A stretch of DNA of 64,000 bases from an uncultured Gammaproteobacteria bacterium (GTDB lineage Bacteria > Patescibacteriota > Microgenomatia > 2-02-FULL-39-11): NCBI GenBank assembly GCA_964520615.1, contig CAZFNL010000137.1:84898-148897 (forward strand). The letters run 5' to 3'. Below the pieces are notes generated by a model that ran no database searches, was not told where the DNA came from, and saw only the letters and a program-made list of their open reading frames with translations. The stretch's first letter is position 1, and every line of letters starts with the position of its first letter. The position numbers and the translations under genes were made by a program. Shown here in pieces: positions 39,876 to 49,503 of this stretch.

Positions 39876-40740
39876 GTATATTGTGTAAGTTACCTATAAT
39901 AAATTGCGGATAATGGATTTGGTAGAAATGTAGAAATCCGGCAAAATCATAAATTAAAAAAAGAAAAAGAAAAACTGGTAAAACACTGCTCAAAAAATAT
40001 TTATTTAGGAAAATGTTATAGATTCCAACAGATATAAATATAGTAAAAAAAGGTAATGTAAGGTAATACTCCCGGCTTTCAGGAAAAAAGGGGCTCACTG
40101 CGGAAATAATTAGAAGCAAAAAAAAGGGTAGAAGGATTTCCTTTTTTTGGGAAACTATAACCCGGTAAAAACCTACAAGAAAAAAAGGCAGAAATCCCAA
40201 AAGCAAAATTCCGTAGTCTCTTACTCCGCCCCACCAAAAAGTAATATTTTTGAAAAATAAAAGATCAGGTGATACTAATATAAATATATTTCTTACAATA
40301 TCCTTTATTCCTGGCAGGTGATTGAAATGTCTAAAAATCCAAAATTGCGGGTAAACGAAATATAAGATTATTGAAAAAGGCAGAAAGATTCCTATCTTTA
40401 TCTTTTTGTTAGAAGAGGAAAAAGAGATTAAGAGCGTAAAAATCAACATAAAAAGTGCAACAGTCGGTTGGGAAGCTATACGGTTTTGCTCTATCGTCCA
40501 AGGCAGTAAACTGAACACATACGCACCAATTAACCCGAGCTTGATATTATTATCTTTTATTTTCTTTACATAAAAATAGATTAGATAAACTGAAAAAATC
40601 CCGATTAGGAAAGATATAAAACGGGGAAATAAATCAGCCTGAAACTTTAGAGGAGGCACCGATCCAAGCTGATAAATCCGTAATAAAACAGCGTTGAGTA
40701 AAATAAGCGCCAATATGAAATTCTTTTTCATACTCCTCAC
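39862..40740 (-). CDS. Internally deleted GT-C paralog lacking the DE catalytic loop (array member 2)
   Basis: 292 aa. LRIYQLGSVPP joins almost directly to PRFIS. LPW...NR, SPDLLFF and YG.LL landmarks are kept; DE, YNA and DYKPP are absent. Confidence 0.75.
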   Translation of the reverse strand: MRSMKKNFILALILLNAVLLRIYQLGSVPPLKFQADLFPRFISFLIGIFSVYLIYFYVKKIKDNNIKLGLIGAYVFSLLPWTIEQNRIASQPTVALFMLIFTLLISFSSSNKKIKIGIFLPFSIILYFVYPQFWIFRHFNHLPGIKDIVRNIFILVSPDLLFFKNITFWWGGVRDYGILLLGFLPFFLVGFYRVIVSQKKEILLPFFLLLIISAVSPFFPESREYYLTLPFFTIFISVGIYNIFLNKYFLSSVLPVFLFLFLIYDFAGFLHFYQIHYPQFIIGNLHNIHAPY

Positions 40741-42416
40741 AGGTTCTTGGCAATTACCAGAGCTTTCGTACCATTCAGGTACTTTATGGTTTTAAGGATT
40801 CTTGCATCCGGAGGAAAATCACCCGGCAATCCTACAAGAAGCAATCTTTCATTTTTTGGCAATTTATTGTAAGTGAAGTTCTTAAACTCATACTTGTCAA
40901 AATGATTTCTTTGGTCGGCAAAACCGCCTGAAACAGTTCCTCCTCCTGCCAGATATTTTGCCGGAGGGTATTTGGAATAGAAAAGCCAGAAAATATAAGG
41001 CATATCCACATGCATGGAAACCAATACTTTGTCATAATTGGCTTTCTCTTTTTCAGTATATTGAACTGCTTGTTTTCTGCCGTAAAGCCAATATTTTGAC
41101 AACTCATAATTGGTATGGACATAATACTGATGCAGGTAATAGCTATTGTCTATCATAAAAGTGCCCGTCGCAAAAATCATAAAGAGTATAACCACCCATC
41201 TGGACTCTTTTCTGATAAATTTAAAAGCGATAAATAATCCTACTGCGGCAAATATCTGCCATAGAGGGAGAAAAAGTTCGGACCTGACAGCATGGGGAGC
41301 CTCCCTTGTAACAGCATCCGGTATGGGCACAAAAAGAAACCATAAAGGTAAAATAAGGGAATAGCGGTTAAGCCCGTTTTTCAATATATAAAGAATACCC
41401 AGTACAATAAATGGCAACTCCCATATATAGATAAGGCCAAACCCTGGAGCATGATGTAAAGGGACATCTCCTTTTACAAACAAAAACTCAAAGCCAAAAT
41501 TGGACAAGTAATGATGAAATGCTTTAACTAAAGTATCGTAATCCGTATATATCCATCTCTGGTTATGAAAGATTTTTCCGGAAAGCGTATAACCGGCTTT
41601 GGCATCCAGTAATCTCTGATTCAGAAATATTTTTTCAAGGTCTTTCTCATCAAGATATCGGGCTCCGGCATTGAATATGTTTGTTGCCTGAAACCTGATC
41701 TCAGAATCTGGCGTAAGAAGTATTGATACGAATCCGGCAAAAAATACGGCAAATATAAGACCAAATCCGACTATATGTTTCCCTTTCGGAAGCAACCGGT
41801 TGAATATAAGAAAAAGCGAGACCAGAAGAAGAGGTGCAACTACTCGAGTGCTGTGGTATGAAAAGAGGTCCAGGCCGAAAAATAAAGCCGACAGTGTAAA
41901 AAGCCGTGGTTTTTCCAAACCGGCAATAAAAAGATACACTGCCACAACCGTAATAAATACGGACACATTTACTTCAAATGCCGCCCGTGAAAACTGCAGA
42001 TGCCAGGGAGACACTGAAAGAAGAAATGCCACAAGAAAAGCTATATATGAGGCTCCTTTTGCCAAATTGGGTACCTTTGACATAATTGTAAAGACCAGAA
42101 AATAGGTAGCAATAACTGTCAGTATCCCGAAAAATACTGATGGGAACCTCACTCCGAATGAATTTAGGCCGAATAGAGCCACTGAGGGAACTGTAATATA
42201 TTCATAAATTGGAGGCTTGTAATCATCAAGAGACCTGAAAGTCAAAGGCAAAAGAGTGCCGAATTGATCCCGACCCGTATGCAGTATTGAATAAGCGTCA
42301 TAGCCTATGGCCACCTCATCCCACTCCAGGGATACCGGTGTCTTACCCAGTTGGTAAAGCCGCAAGATACTTGCCAGTATAAAAATGGAGACCAATAGAA
42401 AAATATGCCGTTTCAT
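40737..42416 (-). CDS. ArnT/PMT-like GT-C glycosyltransferase (array member 1)
   Basis: PVSLEWDEVAIGYDAYSIL, SLDDYKPP, SPWHLQFSRAAFE and PHAVRS motifs. Confidence 0.88.
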   Translation of the reverse strand: MKRHIFLLVSIFILASILRLYQLGKTPVSLEWDEVAIGYDAYSILHTGRDQFGTLLPLTFRSLDDYKPPIYEYITVPSVALFGLNSFGVRFPSVFFGILTVIATYFLVFTIMSKVPNLAKGASYIAFLVAFLLSVSPWHLQFSRAAFEVNVSVFITVVAVYLFIAGLEKPRLFTLSALFFGLDLFSYHSTRVVAPLLLVSLFLIFNRLLPKGKHIVGFGLIFAVFFAGFVSILLTPDSEIRFQATNIFNAGARYLDEKDLEKIFLNQRLLDAKAGYTLSGKIFHNQRWIYTDYDTLVKAFHHYLSNFGFEFLFVKGDVPLHHAPGFGLIYIWELPFIVLGILYILKNGLNRYSLILPLWFLFVPIPDAVTREAPHAVRSELFLPLWQIFAAVGLFIAFKFIRKESRWVVILFMIFATGTFMIDNSYYLHQYYVHTNYELSKYWLYGRKQAVQYTEKEKANYDKVLVSMHVDMPYIFWLFYSKYPPAKYLAGGGTVSGGFADQRNHFDKYEFKNFTYNKLPKNERLLLVGLPGDFPPDARILKTIKYLNGTKALVIAKNL

Positions 42417-42540
42417 CTTTACTCTAAGGACTCGTCCATAAATAATTTAATAGGTATTTATATTTACGGCCTTCTGTGCGGCACCGCAAATAGTCATATT
42501 AGAGACGGATGCTGCCTAAAACCGGATCAAAATAACAAGT

Positions 42541-42549
42541 ATTTTAGCA
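42541..42549 (-). promoter_or_regulatory. Putative extended -10 promoter (TGcTAAAAT) for the GT-C array
   Basis: Minus strand TTTACT-16 nt-TAAAAT with a TG extension, about 125 nt upstream of the ATG at 42416. Confidence 0.5.
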
Positions 42550-42589
42550 CAAAATGAAGCTGAGTAAATAAAGCAGCTTACTTTACATC

Positions 42590-43513
42590 TCAGTCTTTCT
42601 TAAATAAGGAAAATATCTGTCCGTCTTTAATTTTAATCATTGACTTAAACTCGAAACGCTCCTCAAGTGCCTGGGGCAATCTGACTATTGCCTGTAAAAG
42701 CCCTTGTATAAAAGACTTATCAATCTTAATTAATGACTTGGATGTAATATAGATCAAATATAAAATATGATTAACCAGTAATCCAAAATCAGTAATATTC
42801 ATCCAGACAAAAAGAATCTGATTCCGGTATGAAATTGTCTTTATCCGGCTGCTTTTATATTTGTTTCGGATAGCCCCAGTACTTTGTTTGTGCCAAACTG
42901 TGCTTTTCGGTTCAAATACCACTTTATATCCGGCTTTCATCGCTCTGTAAGACAGGTCTATATCCTCCCAGTAAAAGGGGTCATATATTTCCCGCAACCC
43001 CCCCAGATCATTCCATAAGTCTTTTCTGAAAATCCCAGCTCCTCCTGAAACCCAAAGAGTATTTTTCTTGTCGGGATTTCCTTTTGAGTGGATGAGAAAT
43101 CCATTTTTAAATTCACCGATACCCCTGCCTCGGAGTACCGTCATGTTTTTCTCTTCTACGCTTTTCTGAAGGCATCCTACTGCAAAAACTTTATTATCGG
43201 CAAAATGGGGCAGAAGATATTCTAAAAAATCAGTTTCTGGATAAACATCGCTATTTAGAAGAAGCACTAATTCTCCTTTTGCCACCCTCACGCCATTATT
43301 TACCGCAGTGGAAAATCCCCGATTGATTTTACTTTGTAAAACCTTTATATGGGGAAAATTCTTCCGGAGCATTACCACGCTATCATCCTCTGAAGCATCG
43401 TCCACAACTATAATCTCTGCACCTCTTGCAGCTTCTGAAACCTCCGGCAAGTTTTTCGCTAACAAATTCCGGCCGTTATAGTTTGGTATAACAACGCTTA
43501 CCTTTTTATTCAT
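42590..43513 (-). CDS. GT2 glycosyltransferase (WbbL/rhamnosyltransferase-like)
   Basis: IPNYNG, NRGFSTAVN, LLNSD and FYWEDIDLSYRA motifs. Confidence 0.88.
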   Translation of the reverse strand: MNKKVSVVIPNYNGRNLLAKNLPEVSEAARGAEIIVVDDASEDDSVVMLRKNFPHIKVLQSKINRGFSTAVNNGVRVAKGELVLLLNSDVYPETDFLEYLLPHFADNKVFAVGCLQKSVEEKNMTVLRGRGIGEFKNGFLIHSKGNPDKKNTLWVSGGAGIFRKDLWNDLGGLREIYDPFYWEDIDLSYRAMKAGYKVVFEPKSTVWHKQSTGAIRNKYKSSRIKTISYRNQILFVWMNITDFGLLVNHILYLIYITSKSLIKIDKSFIQGLLQAIVRLPQALEERFEFKSMIKIKDGQIFSLFKKD

Positions 43514-43528
43514 ATTAAACTTCTCGTA

Positions 43529-45844
43529 TCAAATCAAACTAGTGTAAAACGTTATTGTGTGTTCACCTTTGGGTACGACAATCGCCCGCAAAAGGAAATC
43601 AGCCTTGAGAATTTCCGCAGGTTTCTCATCAATTGATGCCTTCCATGACGGATAATAAATATCAGTCAAAACCAACAATCTGTCTTCAGTTGTAACCACC
43701 TTAATCTGGACATCATTTGCCTCATAATGAACAATCTCTGCTTTATCATTTTCTAACCCTTTCTTCTGAGGTTTGATATCCACATTCTTATTCAACACCA
43801 CCGTATTCCTTAAATTATCGGCAAGTGAATACATCTTGTCCATCTCTTCCTGGGGATTTGAGGCAATGACAATATTTCCAGCAAAAAAAGCCCTCGGGAA
43901 AAACTTCGTATTTTCATAAAGGTAAGTATTTCCCTCAGTCATGATATATCTTAACTTTGATGATTTTAGCGGTCCGAAACTAAGTATATACTTTACCCCC
44001 AATAGATCTGAAAAGAAACTGTCGTAATTTGAAGGAGTTACAATCCTGTTGAAGGATGCGGCATCTATATCCGTCTTACCCCTTCCCCATGAAGCCGCAA
44101 ACCGATTGTACAACAAAAGATATAAAGGATCATATCCTGCTACATCCTGTAATTTGTAGTAGACAGAAAAATTCGGAGGCATTATACGTCTGTCCGTAGC
44201 CATAATTCTAAAATTGCTTTTGTTGTCTCTTTTTATAAAATTAGTGACGGTTGTTGGAGGATAAAGGAATTCGCTTTTGGAAAATGGGGTAAATTTCCAA
44301 CCAAACCTGAAAATCTCTGCAATAAAAATGATAATTAGCAAAAAAAATAGAGGGACTTTATTATTCATCTTCTTTGACGCTACCCACAGCAATAATACCG
44401 CAGAAAACAAATATACAATACTGGGCAAGAAAAGATTTCTTTTAGAGACGGAAATGTCCGCCGCCGAAATATTCAGCTTAAAAAGAGAAAATTTCAAAAC
44501 AAATATCCAAAGAAGAATAAAAACTGCGGCAACAGGAATTAAAACACACAATATTTTCCTTATATTTTTATCTGATGAAATTTTTTCATAACCCAATGCC
44601 GAAAGAATTGAAAGAGAAAAATCCACAAGAAACATCAATCTTGTGGGCTGACTTGAAGAAAGAAGAGGAATATGCAAACTGAAAGGCAGCATTGAAAATA
44701 CATTTGGCAAGGCAAAAATAAGACTGAGGAAAAAAACGGTACCGAAAAAAAGGACCTTCTTGCTATAGTGGAATACAAGTGCATACAAGGCAAAAATAAG
44801 AGGCAAAATTCCTATAAAACCTACAAACTCGCCATAATTCCAGACTCCCCAATAGTTATTTGTGGCAGGATTACCGAAAAAGTCAGGAGCAATAAACTGA
44901 ACGAGGTTTTGCCAGGGAAGAAACCAACCAGCAACATGCGTATAGTTTCCCTGATCGACATTTCTAGCTGAAAGCAGGATGAAACGCAGTGAAGGCAACC
45001 ATTGGACTAGTGTCAAAATAACAAATAACAAATAACAAAATAAAAAAAGCAAAATGATCCTGAGTTTATTTTTCCTCGCCAGTAAAATTTTGATCGCTAA
45101 ATAGAAATTAGTGACTATAAACTCATAAAAGAAAATCTGCAAATGTCCGGCAAAAAAAGAGAAAATTAAGGAAAAAGTAAAAATCCCTACCCAGATAATT
45201 ATCTTCTTTTTTTTTGCTTGTAGTTTTGAGTTTTGAAGATTACTGATAGCTTGAATAATTTTCTCAATTGATAACAGTAATAATGGAAGCCAGAGTGCGG
45301 TTTGTAAAACTGTATTCCACTCCAACCAAGCAATGCTGAAACCTGAAAAAGCAAATGCTACGGATCCTATAAAAGCACCCGTTTCCCCTACCCCGATTTC
45401 CTTCAAATAAAAATATAAAAACATTCCCGCAAGAAGAGGTTGGACAATAATAAGAATTGTCCAGGCGACATCAAACGGCAGAAATATAAATAAGGTATTC
45501 AGTGGATAAAAAGATGCTGACTGGAAATTGGCTAAAAGTGGCGTACCGGAAAATGAGTAAGGATTCCAAAGAGGCAGTACACCATTTACCATTTGTGACA
45601 TTGCTGCATACCGCCAGACATATTGTTGTCGTACTGGATCAGTCGTCAGAAAGTTTTTGTAGGGAACACCTGCCGGATAACCGGCAAAAGACACATCCTT
45701 AAAAGGATAATACATGCCTGTTATGGTGTCGGCAGGAATGGGAAGTTTACCCTGCAAAAAGACCGGGTAAAAAAAAATGATAATTAAGAATAATATAAGA
45801 AATAGGAAAAAACTATTCCGAAAGAATTTGGTCAATCTTTTCAT
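43529..45844 (-). CDS. YfhO family membrane protein (GT-C fold)
   Basis: DPVRQ, PLWNPYSFSGTPLLAN.Q...FYP, GHLQ, AGYDPL, PRAFF and YYPSWKA...GEHTI motifs. Confidence 0.88.
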   Translation of the reverse strand: MKRLTKFFRNSFFLFLILFLIIIFFYPVFLQGKLPIPADTITGMYYPFKDVSFAGYPAGVPYKNFLTTDPVRQQYVWRYAAMSQMVNGVLPLWNPYSFSGTPLLANFQSASFYPLNTLFIFLPFDVAWTILIIVQPLLAGMFLYFYLKEIGVGETGAFIGSVAFAFSGFSIAWLEWNTVLQTALWLPLLLLSIEKIIQAISNLQNSKLQAKKKKIIIWVGIFTFSLIFSFFAGHLQIFFYEFIVTNFYLAIKILLARKNKLRIILLFLFCYLLFVILTLVQWLPSLRFILLSARNVDQGNYTHVAGWFLPWQNLVQFIAPDFFGNPATNNYWGVWNYGEFVGFIGILPLIFALYALVFHYSKKVLFFGTVFFLSLIFALPNVFSMLPFSLHIPLLSSSQPTRLMFLVDFSLSILSALGYEKISSDKNIRKILCVLIPVAAVFILLWIFVLKFSLFKLNISAADISVSKRNLFLPSIVYLFSAVLLLWVASKKMNNKVPLFFLLIIIFIAEIFRFGWKFTPFSKSEFLYPPTTVTNFIKRDNKSNFRIMATDRRIMPPNFSVYYKLQDVAGYDPLYLLLYNRFAASWGRGKTDIDAASFNRIVTPSNYDSFFSDLLGVKYILSFGPLKSSKLRYIMTEGNTYLYENTKFFPRAFFAGNIVIASNPQEEMDKMYSLADNLRNTVVLNKNVDIKPQKKGLENDKAEIVHYEANDVQIKVVTTEDRLLVLTDIYYPSWKASIDEKPAEILKADFLLRAIVVPKGEHTITFYTSLI
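45016..45036. repeat. Perfect (AAATAAC)x3 heptamer repeat inside the yfhO-like CDS
   Basis: Three exact copies (21 bp, frame-neutral), read as part of LFCYLLFVI on the minus strand. Confidence 0.7.
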
Positions 45845-46913
45845 AGAATTTTTTAGGTCCGAAATCTGCTGCTCTTTTTACTGATTCCGAAGACATCTTT
45901 TTCCTAAGATTTTCATCATTCATTAAAAGCGTTGTTTTCCCTAACAATTCTTTCTTACTTTTCCAGAAATAACCGTCTATACCATCATTTATTATATCCA
46001 CCTGGCCGCCGCCCTTAAAAACGACCGGTACGCACTGAGCCGACATTGCCTCCAGAGTAGTAATGCCAAAATGTTCCGCCCTTTCTGGATATAACTGTAA
46101 ATCCTCTCTGTAACCTGTCGCATGCCAATATATTTTTGATTTTCTATAAAGCCGTACCAGTTCATGAAAATTAACGTTTGTATAGAACTCTATAGGGAAA
46201 TCCCCAATTGTCTCTTTCAACCTGTTCATTTCAATATTGTTTTTTTTACTTGGCAGAAGACCTCCAGCAAGAATCAATTTCCATCCTGAAAAATATTTTT
46301 TATAGTTTTGTCGGAAAACATCAATAAGTAATTCCTGCTTCTTGTTGTGGGGATTTATAAAAAATCGGCCAACAGACAAAATTATATTTTGTTTTTCCCC
46401 ACCATCATACTGCAACTTCTCAATTTCAACCGGAGGGGATAAAACGGTGGCTTCAAGTCCCAGCCTGTCAGAAATCATACCCGCCATAAATTCCGAATAG
46501 CACAGAATTTCCCAATTATGCAATTTCACTTTATTCAGCAACGATTTTTTTGTCAGATGAATAGGTGATTGCACTATTAGAAAATTCTTCTTCGCAATCG
46601 GAAAAAAGAGGCTACCGTCCGTCATGTAAAAAAATATGTCATACATCCGAGGTCTTATGATTTTGGAAAGAGGTCCTGTCTTTATAATTTGTGATTGTGG
46701 CAAAAAATTGACGCCGGAAAGATCAATATTTAGCATTGACTCAATTTTCTCCCGCACGCGCACATCCCCATAGATATAGACGGCATAGTCTTTTTGGCTT
46801 TTCAGATACTGGGCAATAGACAATATATACCTTTCCCCTCCCCCCAATGTTTCAAGGTATGGACTGTATATCCCTACTTTCATCTTTTTTGTCTCTTTAT
46901 TTTTCTTCACCAT
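45813..46913 (-). CDS. Glycosyltransferase family 4
   Basis: GGGERY, SVGRFF...KKQ and EHFGITTLEAMS motifs. Confidence 0.9.
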   Translation of the reverse strand: MVKKNKETKKMKVGIYSPYLETLGGGERYILSIAQYLKSQKDYAVYIYGDVRVREKIESMLNIDLSGVNFLPQSQIIKTGPLSKIIRPRMYDIFFYMTDGSLFFPIAKKNFLIVQSPIHLTKKSLLNKVKLHNWEILCYSEFMAGMISDRLGLEATVLSPPVEIEKLQYDGGEKQNIILSVGRFFINPHNKKQELLIDVFRQNYKKYFSGWKLILAGGLLPSKKNNIEMNRLKETIGDFPIEFYTNVNFHELVRLYRKSKIYWHATGYREDLQLYPERAEHFGITTLEAMSAQCVPVVFKGGGQVDIINDGIDGYFWKSKKELLGKTTLLMNDENLRKKMSSESVKRAADFGPKKFYEKIDQILSE

Positions 46914-47669
46914 CTAACTTATCGCCTTTTGCTTTTCCCACAATTTAGCATAGGTGATAAAAATGCTAAATGATTGATAAATACTCTCTATAAGACCGGT
47001 AGTACCAACTTTATAACCTCCGTCTGTAACATATGATTTTATAAAAGCAGTTGACATCACCCTAAAAAACCGCCACGGAGTCATTTTAGGATGATTGCTC
47101 TTGTAGCGGAGTTGCGCCTCAAGGTTGGACCATTGATTTGTCTTTTCCACCATCTCGGAAATGTCATTATGTGTAAAATGGAGTAAAATCCCCTCTTTTA
47201 TATCAGCTATCCCGCCAAGTACCTGGGGCGTCTCATGCAGCGATCCGTACCATCCCAGAAGATCTTTTTTCCTGACCAATCTGACCATTTTTTCCTCATT
47301 TGGCCATTCCACCCCCAGGTAATAATTTTTCCTCCTGACAGCATAGGCACAATATTTTCCCCCTATATTTTTTACTGCTTCAACCAGATATTCCTTAAGT
47401 TGCGGCGTCACCCTTTCATCAGCATCAATATAAAAAAGCCATTCATTTTCGGCCTTTTCGCGACCCAGATTGCGCAGATAGGAAAAATCAAGAGTACCGC
47501 TTACAACCACTTTTGCACCCAAAGATTTTGCCTTATCGACTGTCTTATCAGTTGAACCATTATCAACAACAATAATTTCCTTTACAAAGGGCAACGTTTT
47601 TATGCAATCTGCTATGTCTTTTTCTTCGTTCTTGGTTATAATAACTGCGCTTATATCTGCGTTTTTCAT
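46914..47669 (-). CDS. GT2, LgtF/KdtX-like
   Basis: ITKNEE, VDNGSTD, DFSYLRN, IDADERV and LHE motifs. Confidence 0.9.
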   Translation of the reverse strand: MKNADISAVIITKNEEKDIADCIKTLPFVKEIIVVDNGSTDKTVDKAKSLGAKVVVSGTLDFSYLRNLGREKAENEWLFYIDADERVTPQLKEYLVEAVKNIGGKYCAYAVRRKNYYLGVEWPNEEKMVRLVRKKDLLGWYGSLHETPQVLGGIADIKEGILLHFTHNDISEMVEKTNQWSNLEAQLRYKSNHPKMTPWRFFRVMSTAFIKSYVTDGGYKVGTTGLIESIYQSFSIFITYAKLWEKQKAIS

Positions 47670-48574
47670 AATTTTCCCTTACCCATCCTACCTTTATAAA
47701 AATCAGCTACTGCCTGCCTGAAGATATTTCCTTTAAATAAATCCCTGAAGCTTTCCAAAAGAAGGGATTTTTTTGCCCTAAGCGGGGCATACCGGAAGCC
47801 AAAATATAGTCTATTGCGAAGCTGGTAATAAACGTGCAGTTTTGATCCTGGTTTTCCTGAAGTCTCTGCATTTTTGTGCCATATGGAAACCCCCGGATAA
47901 TATTTTATTTCAAATCCTGCTCTTTTTGCCCTCAGTGAAAAATCCACATCCTCAAAATAGAGAAAATACCTCTCATCAAGAAAGCCTATTTTATCTATAA
48001 CTTTTCCATTTATAAACATGCAGCAGCCTGTGGAAAAACCGGTATCGCAAATTTCATCATATTGACCTGTATCCACCTCATCCACTCCCCTATGTGAAGC
48101 ATAAATGTTTTTCCAGTCCACAATACCTCCCGCATACCATATGACACGGCCCTTTTCATCCACTGTATACCTTTGCGAATGGTATTCGCTGCCGGCGGCA
48201 AAATAAATCTTTGGGGAGACAAGACCTATCCGGGAGTTTTTTAGGCCAAAAGCGGCTAAGTTGTCTAATGATTTTGCAGATACCAAAGTATCGTTGTTCA
48301 ACAATATGAAATATTTACAACCATCTTGCAAGGCTTTCCTCAAACCGACATTGTTGGCAGCTGAGTAACCGATATTAGAATCGTTAACAATAAGCTCTAT
48401 TCCCCTATACCTTTTATCAATTTCATGAGGAATTCCAAAGTCTCCCGAATTGGAAACAATATATATCTTTTTATTCCCCAAATCGGAACCTCTTGAGTAA
48501 ATAGAAGACAAACATGCGTCTGTATCCTTCCAATTTATGTAGTGAAGTATAATTACGGCTGTTTCGGAAATCAT
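47666..48574 (-). CDS. GT2 glycosyltransferase (WbbL/rhamnosyltransferase-like)
   Basis: NIGYSAANN, LLNNDT, TGCCM and FLYFEDVDFSLRA motifs. Confidence 0.88.
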   Translation of the reverse strand: MISETAVIILHYINWKDTDACLSSIYSRGSDLGNKKIYIVSNSGDFGIPHEIDKRYRGIELIVNDSNIGYSAANNVGLRKALQDGCKYFILLNNDTLVSAKSLDNLAAFGLKNSRIGLVSPKIYFAAGSEYHSQRYTVDEKGRVIWYAGGIVDWKNIYASHRGVDEVDTGQYDEICDTGFSTGCCMFINGKVIDKIGFLDERYFLYFEDVDFSLRAKRAGFEIKYYPGVSIWHKNAETSGKPGSKLHVYYQLRNRLYFGFRYAPLRAKKSLLLESFRDLFKGNIFRQAVADFYKGRMGKGKL

Positions 48575-49467
48575 AATTTTCTTTTTATGCGCCAGATTAA
48601 GGACTCAAGGATGGAATGAGGTTTGGAAAGAAAAAGGTCGTATAGCCAATATCTTTTATGCCTGTATTCATTTTCTATCATAGACCGTACATCCTCAATG
48701 GATACTTTTTCCTCTTTGAAGTTTTCCAGTTCCCAAAGCTTCAGATACATAGAGAGCTCCGAAAAAGACTGCAAAAGAGACAAACCCAAACCGTGCACTC
48801 CGTCCTTATAACCTTCCTGAACAAAATACCTTTGGACAAACTCACGTACAGGCGGGTCAAAAAGATATTCAGGCTTAAACCTCTTGTCGGAAAGATACAT
48901 TTCCTTGGCAGCAATCCCCGAATAGCGGTTCATCCTTTCAATAAACTGTTCGATAGTCTGATAATTATGATGAACAATGCTTAAAGACTCTTCAGCAGGA
49001 AAGTCCAAACCGTTCCCCCTGGTCAAAGGAATCCCATGTATTTTATCAGTCCATGACACCATGCCTTTTTTGAAAAACCTGATCTGGTAATCCGGCCACC
49101 ATCCTGCATGCGTTATCCACTTGTCAAAAATGATATTTTTACGCGGTATTCGACAGAAATCTGCGTTCTCTCCCTTTGCAACATCTTTAATATAATCCGC
49201 CAATGTTTTGGGAATTTCCTCATCTGCATCAAGTATTAAAACCCAATCGCCTTTGGCTTTAGAAATGGCAAAATTGCGGGCCGGTTCCACAAAACCGGTA
49301 TATGCGTGTTTGAAAAGCCTGATTGAGAAAGGTTTGGCTTTTTGGCATGTCCTGTCGTTTGACCCCATATCCACCATAACTATTTCCCCGGCTAAATCCG
49401 CTAGAGAAGACAAGCATCGCTCAATATTTTGCTCTTCGTTATATGTGTTTACAACTGCAGAAATCAT
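48571..49467 (-). CDS. GT2, LgtF/KdtX-like
   Basis: NTYNEE, VEPARN, LDADEE and GWWPDYQIRFF motifs; start at 49467 or 49494. Confidence 0.88.
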   Translation of the reverse strand: MISAVVNTYNEEQNIERCLSSLADLAGEIVMVDMGSNDRTCQKAKPFSIRLFKHAYTGFVEPARNFAISKAKGDWVLILDADEEIPKTLADYIKDVAKGENADFCRIPRKNIIFDKWITHAGWWPDYQIRFFKKGMVSWTDKIHGIPLTRGNGLDFPAEESLSIVHHNYQTIEQFIERMNRYSGIAAKEMYLSDKRFKPEYLFDPPVREFVQRYFVQEGYKDGVHGLGLSLLQSFSELSMYLKLWELENFKEEKVSIEDVRSMIENEYRHKRYWLYDLFLSKPHSILESLIWRIKRKL

Positions 49468-49503
49468 GGTACTAAAACTGATACGCCGAAACAATCAAAA
49501 ATG

